A stretch of DNA of 24,184 nt, taken from an uncultured bacterium (GTDB lineage Bacteria > JAJVIF01 > JAPKYR01). Position 1 is the stretch's first letter. The number at the start of each line of letters is the position of its first letter. This document shows positions 6,052-14,218 of the stretch, piece by piece. The notes beneath the pieces were generated by a model that ran no database searches, was not told the DNA's origin, and saw only the letters and a program-made list of their open reading frames with translations. Where the stretch lies: contig CBDURU010000048.1 of the NCBI GenBank assembly GCA_965369865.1, positions 1 through 24,184 of the forward strand, written 5' to 3'. The position numbers and the translations under genes are program-made.

Positions 6052-9000
6052 CGCACACTCCTTGCCTTGTTAAGCCTGTCTCCAACCAGTTTTTTAACAG
6101 CTTGATATACTTCATTTCTTTCTGTCTTTGTTAGATCAAGGAAATCAAAGATAATTTTATCTAGGTTTAATCTGGTTGACTTTTGGAGCTCTTTAGGAAT
6201 ATCAAAAACCGTTTCCTTTGCGAATTCTAAAAATTCAGTTTTTAAATCATCACTGGAAAGATTTTTCGTGATTAGGAATAGCTCAATATCTTTACCACTA
6301 AATTTTAATCCTCCATCACCAAGATTTGTAAGCCCAAGGATTTCCCTTTGTAAAATTCCAAACGTTGAATTGAGAACCCCTGCGATCATTAAACTATCAG
6401 CATCATTCAATGGGGAAATCCTGTAAAACTCTTTGCCAACTACACCATCTGGATTGTAAGCCACTAAATGACGATTACCAAGAGTGCGAGGATACAAGAT
6501 AGGTGCCGTTTGTCTTGAATTTCCTTTTGCATTGACTCCATATTTACGGACTACAGGATCATCCTGCACTAGAAGCACTTGTTGAAGCTCTTTAACAGTT
6601 TTTACAAAATTCATATTCCGAAATTTGGAACCAGTATTATTATCATGCACGTATCCAATGACTTTTGAGATTTTCCCTAATGAAATTAGTTTATCATTGC
6701 AAGTCTCACAGATACTCCAATAGATTTCAGGTGCTCTCAGATACTTACCTCCCCATTTGTTACCGGAATATGTGCCATCGAAATGCTTTGTTACAGATAA
6801 ACCCAACTCATTATTTTTATAATTTTTCACCCCTGCCTTATAAAGTGAAGCCTGTGCCATCGCGACTACCCTTGCCTGGGGTTTCCCGTCCTCCGAGCTT
6901 GAGATTGTCTCGCGTTTCAAAACATCCTCAGACTTTATCAGCACGCCGGATGTCGTGACAGCTTCAAACGGTTGCTTAAACATAACGAACCGTGCTATGT
7001 GATCATGAGTATCTTTTGTATTTGTGGACAACCCTAGAACGGCGATAATGGTGTTCACATTGGCACGTTTGAAGCTTCGTTTAACCTCGTTGTCGTATAT
7101 CGCGTAAACCTTCCCGTGCTTTAATAGGAATTCCTGCAGGCCTTTACCGTAGCCGACATCGAGCCATGAATTTGACGTGATATAACAGAATACTCCCCTG
7201 GGATTAAGAAGAGAAAGCCCTTTAAGATAAAAATAAATATAGAGATCGCTTTTCTTATCGACCCTGGGATAATCATCCTTCCAGTCATCCCGGATCATCC
7301 GTTCAAGTTTGTTCTTGTATTCCCGTTTCTCCTTAACTGGTGGAATGATCCCTTGTTCAAGCTGAATCGGATCAGCAATTTTTTCTTTTTTAATATAAGG
7401 GGGATTTCCGATCACGATATCGAAACCGCTGCGCTCGGAGAAAATTTCAGCGAACTCGATAGACCAGAAAAGTTGTTTTTTCTTTGGAAGGCTCTTCTTA
7501 ATTTCAAGCAGGTGTTTCTTATACTCAGCGATTTCTTCAAGTTTCGCCTTGCGTTTTTTATCTTCATCTTCAGTGTGTTTTTCAAACTGTTTATCCCGTT
7601 CCTCTTTTGATTGCATCACCGCCATCAAGTCCTGTTGAAAAACAGCTTTTGCCTTTTTACTTACTTCTTTCCGGTTTTCATTAATATTTTCAATCTGTTC
7701 ATCCAGGATGCTTTCGTAGAGCGATATTTCCCTTCGTATCAAGCTGTGCTCGGTGATATCTCCACGATTAAAATAGAAATCAGTCTTTGCCTTACGAAGC
7801 TCACGGACTTTCCGTTGAATCTTTGGGGACAGCTTCCCCCGAACAGAACGAACGGGCAGAGTGATCCCGGCAATCTCCTGGACAAGGCTGTCACCAGCAC
7901 GAAGCTTGAAAGAAAGGCTTGGCAGAAGAGCATCGTTAGCCAGCTTCATTGCCTTCAAATCGAGTTTCTTTTCATCCGCAACTTCGATCAGCGCCAGCCA
8001 CAAGCGAAGTTGAGCTACATTGATCGCCCATTCCTTTACATCTACTCCGTATAAAGACCTCTCGATTATGCGTTTCTTTTCGGTGAATTCATCGAATGTT
8101 TCATCTGCCTGTCTGGCGAGTTCCTGGCGAAGTTCAAGAACGACCTGCATCATCCCGACCAGGAACGCCCCTGAACCACAGGCGGGATCGACGACCGTCA
8201 TTTCCAGCAATGCGTCCTTTATCTCTTCTCTGACTTTTTTCCTGAATTCAGGGACTAGCTGTTCTCCCTCTTCCGGGAAGATAAATTGATAGAGGTCTTC
8301 ACGTTCCGCGCTTGTGTGGTTGGAAAGGTATTCGACCAGAGAGCGTCGGCACATGAAATCAACTTCAACACGAGGCGTGTAGAAAATACCCGCTTCCGAC
8401 TGTTCGTCTGAAAGATCGGTCGTGTTTACCAGGCTTTCATAAACGATACCCAACATTTCCGGATCGACAGCGATGTTCTGATCGAAAGGAGTATCTTCAG
8501 TAACGGTGAAGTTATATCGGTTCAGGATTCGTTCAAAGATTTTTCGGAACATTTCATCCGTAACTTTGAACCCCTGGTCGTCAATGCCTTCTCGATATCG
8601 GAACAAGCCACCATTTAGAAATGGAGCCAATTTAAAATGAGAGACAATTTCTTTTGGCAAACCTATGTGTTCGTATCCGTGCTTATTGTTGAATGCCGAG
8701 AAGAAAAGGGTTGAGAGCCAGACTTCGTAGAAAGTGTCATCCGGATAATCACCCTCCTGGTAAAGATTCCAGAGAGTTTTTATGAATTCGATATCACCGT
8801 CAGCGAGCCAGCCTTTGCGTTGGACATAATAGATAAACATCAGACGGTTTAAAAATGCGTGTAGGAACTGGTGAGCCAAATGCTCTTCTATATTTTGATC
8901 CTGAATGAACTCATTTTTTATCACTCTGAAAATCTTTTCAAAGTCTTTAAAGAATTTCTCTGTAACTTCCTCTCTGTCGAACGCTTCCTCAACTTTTTCG

Positions 9001-9482
9001 AGAACCTTATCCCATTGCGAAACATCGGTTAATTTCAAAAAAGATAAACGTTCAGCGGCTGTCCGCATGTTTTGATCTTTACCGATAAGGTAACGGCGTA
9101 GTATCAGTCGGTTCCCGATCCTTTTAGCGTTAATGAAATGAACTCTTTTGAAATCAGGTGATGTAGCAACGACTATGCAGGCATCTTGATGTTCTGGTGG
9201 GAGCTTTTTTATTAACTCGCGTTCAAGTCGGATTAATTGTTTATCAATGTCATCCTCTTCAAATTTTTTCTTCTTGAAGAAGATAACAGGAAATCCAGCA
9301 GCATCGCCAATGATCCGTAAGGAGTCTGGGGTGATTGCATCTCTTAACGTGTCCTTAAAATCCCTGGTAGATAAAGGCTTATCAGCAAATGAGAAGCCGA
9401 GGATGCTTATCAGCTCTCTGATCTTGTCGAGAGAGTCGAGATTCTTTAGAAGGTCGTGTATTATTTTTGTTTCCTGCACCAT
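6048..9482 (-). CDS. Large N6-adenine DNA methyltransferase (Eco57I-like, gamma class) with C-terminal target-recognition region
   Basis: GIFYTPR, motif I VVDPACGSGAFL, LYGVD and motif IV DIVIGNPPY. Start at ATG 9482 is preferred over TTG 9530 because a promoter lies between them. Confidence 0.92.
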   Translation of the reverse strand: MVQETKIIHDLLKNLDSLDKIRELISILGFSFADKPLSTRDFKDTLRDAITPDSLRIIGDAAGFPVIFFKKKKFEEDDIDKQLIRLERELIKKLPPEHQDACIVVATSPDFKRVHFINAKRIGNRLILRRYLIGKDQNMRTAAERLSFLKLTDVSQWDKVLEKVEEAFDREEVTEKFFKDFEKIFRVIKNEFIQDQNIEEHLAHQFLHAFLNRLMFIYYVQRKGWLADGDIEFIKTLWNLYQEGDYPDDTFYEVWLSTLFFSAFNNKHGYEHIGLPKEIVSHFKLAPFLNGGLFRYREGIDDQGFKVTDEMFRKIFERILNRYNFTVTEDTPFDQNIAVDPEMLGIVYESLVNTTDLSDEQSEAGIFYTPRVEVDFMCRRSLVEYLSNHTSAEREDLYQFIFPEEGEQLVPEFRKKVREEIKDALLEMTVVDPACGSGAFLVGMMQVVLELRQELARQADETFDEFTEKKRIIERSLYGVDVKEWAINVAQLRLWLALIEVADEKKLDLKAMKLANDALLPSLSFKLRAGDSLVQEIAGITLPVRSVRGKLSPKIQRKVRELRKAKTDFYFNRGDITEHSLIRREISLYESILDEQIENINENRKEVSKKAKAVFQQDLMAVMQSKEERDKQFEKHTEDEDKKRKAKLEEIAEYKKHLLEIKKSLPKKKQLFWSIEFAEIFSERSGFDIVIGNPPYIKKEKIADPIQLEQGIIPPVKEKREYKNKLERMIRDDWKDDYPRVDKKSDLYIYFYLKGLSLLNPRGVFCYITSNSWLDVGYGKGLQEFLLKHGKVYAIYDNEVKRSFKRANVNTIIAVLGLSTNTKDTHDHIARFVMFKQPFEAVTTSGVLIKSEDVLKRETISSSEDGKPQARVVAMAQASLYKAGVKNYKNNELGLSVTKHFDGTYSGNKWGGKYLRAPEIYWSICETCNDKLISLGKISKVIGYVHDNNTGSKFRNMNFVKTVKELQQVLLVQDDPVVRKYGVNAKGNSRQTAPILYPRTLGNRHLVAYNPDGVVGKEFYRISPLNDADSLMIAGVLNSTFGILQREILGLTNLGDGGLKFSGKDIELFLITKNLSSDDLKTEFLEFAKETVFDIPKELQKSTRLNLDKIIFDFLDLTKTERNEVYQAVKKLVGDRLNKARSVR

Positions 9483-9498
9483 TTTGATCTTAATTGCT

Positions 9499-9527
9499 AT
9501 TATATATACCTTAAGCAGGTCTTTCCA
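9499..9527 (-). promoter_or_regulatory. Putative MTase-operon promoter TGGAAA-N17-TATAAT
   Basis: Perfect -10 at 9499-9504 and a 4/6 -35 at 9522-9527 on the minus strand. Confidence 0.55.
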
Positions 9528-9688
9528 CAATTCTCCCTATTCTGTTCTATTTAACCATAACAAAAAATTCCCAAAAATTCCCCTCCCCATTGCGCCAAAT
9601 CGGCTCAACAATGTCCAATAAGTAGGTGAAGGAGAATTTTGTACATTCCCTGTAATAAAAAAAAATAATCTGAAAGGAAACTATCAAA

Positions 9689-10996
9689 ATGAGTCTACTT
9701 AGAGAATGGGCAAGACGTGCCTGTAAGGAAGGCCTCGATGGCCGGATCATCAGTCAGATCCTCACGGACGAGGATTTCGAGGAAAATATTCTGGAAGGGA
9801 TAGAAATAGTCGCATCCGGTGCCGAAATCCCAGATGTCCAGGATGAAACTGCGAACGGTACCAGAATCCCGGGTGAAACTGTCAACGGTTCCAGAATCCC
9901 AAATGTCCCGAACCCGCATGATATGGGAGAAACATCGTCCCCCAGATCAAGGACATCGTCCCCCAGATCAAGGACATCATCCTCTGGATCAAGGACATCG
10001 TCTCCCGGATCGGAAACAATAACTCCCGGATTGGAAACATTAAATGAAGATACTGGGAAGGCTGGGGAATTGTCGGAGGGGGAACTGTCGGAGCGGGACG
10101 GGTTGGACCAGGAAGTCGAACTTATCGAGGCGACGACGAGCGATTTCGGGGACCTGGTGGGGGATACGTCGGGTGTGAAACGCGCGATGATAAAGGAGTA
10201 TTCCTTCCGGGAGCCGGTCTGGAAGAAATTCGCGAGGATCGTGCCGCTCAGGGATATGAACACCGTCAAGCGTTTGCGGAAAAGCCATACCGACCATTTC
10301 GAGCTCGTGCCGCAGGGGGCGGAATTCGGGCAGGGTAATTTCACATCGTGGAGTGTGTCCTACGCGCCGAAGAAATATGAGCGGGGGCTGAATTTCACGT
10401 GGGAGATGCTGATCAATGACGATCTGGGGGCATTCAGGAAAATCGGCACGGGGCTTGGGAGGTCGGCGCAAGGCACAGTGTCGGATTTCGCGACCGGGTT
10501 CATACGGAACAACAGCGCGATCTATGACGGGCTGCCGTTGTTTCATGCCGACCACGGCAACATCGGATCGGACCCGCTGTCGGAAACGTCGCTCGGGGCA
10601 GCGTTCACATCGATGCGGACACAGGCATCCGAGAAAGGCAACACGCTATTAATAAAACCGGGTTTCCTTCTTGTGCCGCCGGAATTAGAGTTCATGGCGA
10701 AAAAATTGATGAGGTCGAAACTGGTGCCGGGAGCGGGCACAAACGACGCGAATGTGCTGAAAGGGCTGGTGGAGGTGGTTGTCGATCCCCTGCTGGCAGA
10801 TCCGGATAACTGGTACCTGGTCGCGAAACCGTCGAGTTGTCCAACGATCGAAATCGGATTTCTTGCGGGACGGGAGAGTCCGGAAATATATGTGTGGGAA
10901 GATTACGAACGTGACATGATCCAGTACAAGGGACGGGTTGTGTTCGGCGGCGCGGTGCTGGATTACAGGGGATTTTACGGGTCGATCGTCGGGTAA
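9689..10996 (+). CDS. Mu gpT-like (HK97-fold) major capsid protein with low-complexity acidic N-terminal extension
   Basis: The C-terminal ~290 aa carry TTSDF, EMLINDDLGAF, DGLPLFHADHGN, LLVPPELE, WYLVAKP...TIEIGFLAGRESP and DYRGFY, the motif series of gpT-like and ClpP-fused phage capsids. AAAGGA RBS upstream. Confidence 0.85.
   Translation: MSLLREWARRACKEGLDGRIISQILTDEDFEENILEGIEIVASGAEIPDVQDETANGTRIPGETVNGSRIPNVPNPHDMGETSSPRSRTSSPRSRTSSSGSRTSSPGSETITPGLETLNEDTGKAGELSEGELSERDGLDQEVELIEATTSDFGDLVGDTSGVKRAMIKEYSFREPVWKKFARIVPLRDMNTVKRLRKSHTDHFELVPQGAEFGQGNFTSWSVSYAPKKYERGLNFTWEMLINDDLGAFRKIGTGLGRSAQGTVSDFATGFIRNNSAIYDGLPLFHADHGNIGSDPLSETSLGAAFTSMRTQASEKGNTLLIKPGFLLVPPELEFMAKKLMRSKLVPGAGTNDANVLKGLVEVVVDPLLADPDNWYLVAKPSSCPTIEIGFLAGRESPEIYVWEDYERDMIQYKGRVVFGGAVLDYRGFYGSIVG
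9845..10093 (+). repeat. Three in-frame tandem repeat sets in the capsid N-terminus
   Basis: 2x30 bp at 9845-9904 (ETANGTRIPG/ETVNGSRIPN), 5x21 bp at 9932-10036 (TSSPRSR decaying to TITPGLE) and 2x15 bp at 10064-10093 (GELSE). Confidence 0.92.
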
Positions 10997-11014
10997 TTTT
11001 ATCTTTAGGGAAAT

Positions 11015-11401
11015 GTGATTACTATGATTATTTTAGCTTACCAGAAACGTGTGCTGGCACTCGAGAGCCAGCTCAGCGACATTAAACGTGAGATTTTTCG
11101 GCTCTACAGGCAGATCAGGTTCAATCCTCACTCTGTCGACAAAGCAGCGGTCAAATTCCAGCTCGACGCGCTTGATAAACTTGCAAAATTAAACAAGGAT
11201 CAGTGCGCGTTCTACCTTAAGCTTGGGGAACTTTATGATATCGCCAAAATAACGGATGGGTTTTTCGAGGAGCTTGAACGCCGGGATCCCGAGTTGCTAC
11301 AGAAAATCCTTGACCTTATGCCGGACATTACGAAACTGGATGAAGAGGAAGTGAAGGTGCGGGACAGCTTTCGCGAGTTGGCGGAGGGTGTGGATAACTG
11401 A
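11015..11401 (+). CDS. Hypothetical ~125-aa helical/coiled-coil protein
   Basis: Begins 18 nt after the capsid stop on the same strand, with a heptad-like N-terminus. Start is GTG 11015 or ATG 11024. Confidence 0.65.
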   Translation: MITMIILAYQKRVLALESQLSDIKREIFRLYRQIRFNPHSVDKAAVKFQLDALDKLAKLNKDQCAFYLKLGELYDIAKITDGFFEELERRDPELLQKILDLMPDITKLDEEEVKVRDSFRELAEGVDN

Positions 11402-11440
11402 AACGGTGGGCATGCTCGTCGCTCTGATTCCCGATATAAT

Positions 11441-11467
11441 AAAAAAAAGCCCGCGTTTGAAACGCGG
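11441..11467 (-). terminator. Intrinsic terminator for clpX
   Basis: Minus strand reads CCGCGTT-TCA-AACGCGG-GC-TTTTTTTT, about 30 nt after the clpX stop. Confidence 0.7.
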
Positions 11468-11498
11468 ACGAGGGTGGAACTCCTACCTACCGGCTTTC

Positions 11499-12809
11499 TC
11501 AGCCAGCTTCCTCATATGCTTCATTAGTATCTATCGGTTCTTCCTTCTTTGGCTGTAATGGCTCAATATTCAGATCCACCGACCCCTTTGATATATCATC
11601 CTCATCAATTTGCAGTACACCTTTTTTATTCAGGCTCGGGATTTCGTACATGACATCGAGCATAATTGCCTCGATAATGCTGCGAAGGCCCCTCGCGCCC
11701 GTTTTTCTTTTCAGTGCTTCTTTAGAGATCGCACGCAGCGCTTCATTTGAGAATTTCACGTCAATACCATCGAGCGCAAGTAATTCGGCGAACTGGCTTG
11801 TGATCGCATTTTTCGGTTCGGTCAAGATCCGCACCAGGTCAGACTCTCCAAGATCGTCGACCGTTGTAATCACCGGGAATCGTCCGACGAATTCGGGAAG
11901 GAATCCGAACTTGACAAGGTCGTGCGGAAGGACATCCTTTACAATCTCCGATGCCGCTTTTCCCGTGCGGGGTTTGACATCGGTACGGAAACCCATGGTC
12001 TGATGTTCTTTCCGTGCGCGAATGATTTCATCAAGACCCTCATAGGTACCTCCCGCAATGAAGAGGATATTCGATGTGTCGATCGGGATGTACGCCTGGT
12101 CGGGATGTTTTCGACCGCCCTGCGGGGGGACGTTAGCGACCGTACCCTCGACAATTTTCAAAAGCGCCTGCTGTACGCCCTCGCCCGAGACATCGCGTGT
12201 GATAGATGGATTATCCTGGCTCTTACGGGCGATTTTATCGATTTCGTCGATATAGATGATTCCGATCTGTGTCTGTTCGATATCCTCTTCTGAAGCGATA
12301 TACAGCTTCAAGACAATATTTTCAACATCCTCGCCGACATACCCGGCCTCGGTAATGCTGGTCGCGTCGGCAATCGCAAATGGAACATCGAGCACTTTCG
12401 CGAGGGTCTGCGCGAGGAGGGTCTTGCCGCTGCCGGTCGGACCGATCAGCAAAATGTTGGACTTGGTAAGTTCGACCCCCGCTTTAGGCTGGAAAAAGCT
12501 CTTAATACGTTTGTAATGATTGTAAACGGCAACCGAAAGGGTTTTTTTAGCAACTTCCTGCCCGATGACATATTCATCGAGCTGGGCTTTAATACCTTTT
12601 GGAGTCCTGACCGCAAGATTGTCCACCGGGGTGCGATCGGCATGTGCGCCGATACGTACCGAGGAATCCTCATGGATGACCTGGACGCATAATTCGACAC
12701 AACGGTCGCAGATGTAAATGCCGTTAGGCGCGACAACAAGTTTGTTTACACGGTTTTTAGGCCGGCCGCAAAAACTGCACCGGACGTCATCAGAATCGAA
12801 ATCAGGCAT
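11499..12809 (-). CDS. clpX: ATP-dependent Clp protease ATP-binding subunit ClpX
   Basis: CSFC...ICDRC zinc finger, [38 protein letters not shown] and TGARGLR. Confidence 0.99.
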   Translation of the reverse strand: MPDFDSDDVRCSFCGRPKNRVNKLVVAPNGIYICDRCVELCVQVIHEDSSVRIGAHADRTPVDNLAVRTPKGIKAQLDEYVIGQEVAKKTLSVAVYNHYKRIKSFFQPKAGVELTKSNILLIGPTGSGKTLLAQTLAKVLDVPFAIADATSITEAGYVGEDVENIVLKLYIASEEDIEQTQIGIIYIDEIDKIARKSQDNPSITRDVSGEGVQQALLKIVEGTVANVPPQGGRKHPDQAYIPIDTSNILFIAGGTYEGLDEIIRARKEHQTMGFRTDVKPRTGKAASEIVKDVLPHDLVKFGFLPEFVGRFPVITTVDDLGESDLVRILTEPKNAITSQFAELLALDGIDVKFSNEALRAISKEALKRKTGARGLRSIIEAIMLDVMYEIPSLNKKGVLQIDEDDISKGSVDLNIEPLQPKKEEPIDTNEAYEEAG

Positions 12810-12929
12810 GGTTTATGTCCGAAACCCGGGAGTATTCATCATAAAAGTACCCCGGAAAAGGGGATCTGGCAATGAGGTTAATTATATTTTGAATGCTATT
12901 CGTCAATTTTACTCCATTGGACCATGGAA

Positions 12930-13541
12930 TCATTTAGATTTTGTATCTTCGATCGGACCGCGACGTTTAGTAATTATTTCGTCGATAATGCCGTATTCCT
13001 TAGCTTCTTCGGGGGTCATGTACTTGTCGCGTTCGGTATCTTCCTGGACCCGTTCAATATCTTTCCCGGTATGGTGGGCAATTATCCTGTTAAGCCGTTG
13101 ACGTGTTTTAAGGATGTTTTCCGCATGGATGCCGATATCGGTCTGCTGTCCCTGGACACCGCCGGACGGCTGGTGAATTAAAATCTCCGCGTTCGGAAGG
13201 GCGAACCTTTTGCTTTTCGCGCCACCGGCGAGTAACAGGGCGCCCATACTGGCAGCGACCCCGATACAGATCGTCGAAACATCGGGTTTCAGGATCTGCA
13301 TCGCGTCGTATATCGCGAGGCCCTGGGTGACAAGTCCGCCCTGGGTGTTGATATAAAGGTCGATGTCCTTTTCCGGGTCCTCTTTTTCAAGGTATAAAAG
13401 GCTGGCGACAACAGTATTGGCCAGGTGCTCATCGATCATCCGGCCAAGGATGATGATCCTGTCTTTCAGGAGCCGGGAGTAAATGTCGTATGTCCGTTCT
13501 CCCCGGCTGGTCTGCTCAATTACGTATGGAATAAGTCCCAT
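12930..13541 (-). CDS. clpP: Clp protease proteolytic subunit
   Basis: [19 protein letters not shown] (catalytic Ser), IHQP (His) and DTERD (Asp). Confidence 0.99.
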   Translation of the reverse strand: MGLIPYVIEQTSRGERTYDIYSRLLKDRIIILGRMIDEHLANTVVASLLYLEKEDPEKDIDLYINTQGGLVTQGLAIYDAMQILKPDVSTICIGVAASMGALLLAGGAKSKRFALPNAEILIHQPSGGVQGQQTDIGIHAENILKTRQRLNRIIAHHTGKDIERVQEDTERDKYMTPEEAKEYGIIDEIITKRRGPIEDTKSK

Positions 13542-13738
13542 CTTGTTACTCCTTGGGTGCTCTTTAAATATTTTTGGACCTTCACATATTGTACCAGACA
13601 GCCCCTGTGAAGGCTTAATAAAATTTAAAGATACAGTTTACTATCGGGAGATAAAGGTGACATGTTTACGGTTATAGTGAAGTTTCGGGAGAAAATCCTG
13701 TTTCCCGGTCAATTGGAGCGCTTTTTCAGTTCCCTGGT

Positions 13739-14209
13739 TCAAGCTATGGACCAGGTTTTACTCAACGCATCCAATGCATTTGCACAGTAAGGGTACTCCC
13801 GCCACCGGCACCCGCCGCATAACAGATCCATATCCGATGACGATACATTCCGACCTATTGTTTCCAGGATCACAGACCACCGGTGAATCTCATTTTCTCG
13901 AAAATTAAGTTTTTTCAGGACCAGGTAATCCATCAATGTTGATTCATCCGGTACCCCGGCCACCTTTCCGGTGTTTTTTAATTCTTCCGCAACACAGTGA
14001 TTGCCATCAAGATTAGGGCACACAGCACAGAATACATCCGGGGCACATATTACCCGCACCTCGGTTTCAGGTTTACTCCTGAGTAAATCGGCAACCTCAT
14101 CCATTTTCCGGATGAATTCGGGAGAATACCCAAGGCCTTTATATCCCTGCAGGCACAACAGTGTATGCGCTCGAATCTGTAATGGTGCTTCCTGTTCTGG
14201 TGTGGTCAT
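13739..14209 (-). CDS. DUF1284-family Cys-rich protein
   Basis: RAHTLLCLQGYKGLGYSPEF, PDVFCAVCP, and C-terminal LCGGCRW...C. Confidence 0.85.
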   Translation of the reverse strand: MTTPEQEAPLQIRAHTLLCLQGYKGLGYSPEFIRKMDEVADLLRSKPETEVRVICAPDVFCAVCPNLDGNHCVAEELKNTGKVAGVPDESTLMDYLVLKKLNFRENEIHRWSVILETIGRNVSSSDMDLLCGGCRWREYPYCANALDALSKTWSIA

Positions 14210-14218
14210 TGGTCTGAA

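Noticed and set aside
1043..9482. Complete DISARM or BREX system
   Set aside because: No DrmA/DrmB (DUF1998), and no PglZ or BrxC genes in the window.
9560..9600. C/A-tract as an inverted terminal repeat matching the G-tract at 869-912
   Set aside because: The similarity is only compositional; there is no alignable repeat or target-site duplication.
9689..11401. Intact prophage or integrative element
   Set aside because: No integrase, terminase, portal, tail or att-like direct repeats were seen.
9689..13541. ClpP as the head-maturation protease of the capsid gene
   Set aside because: This clpP is the canonical housekeeping copy in tig-clpP-clpX on the opposite strand; adjacency alone is not evidence.
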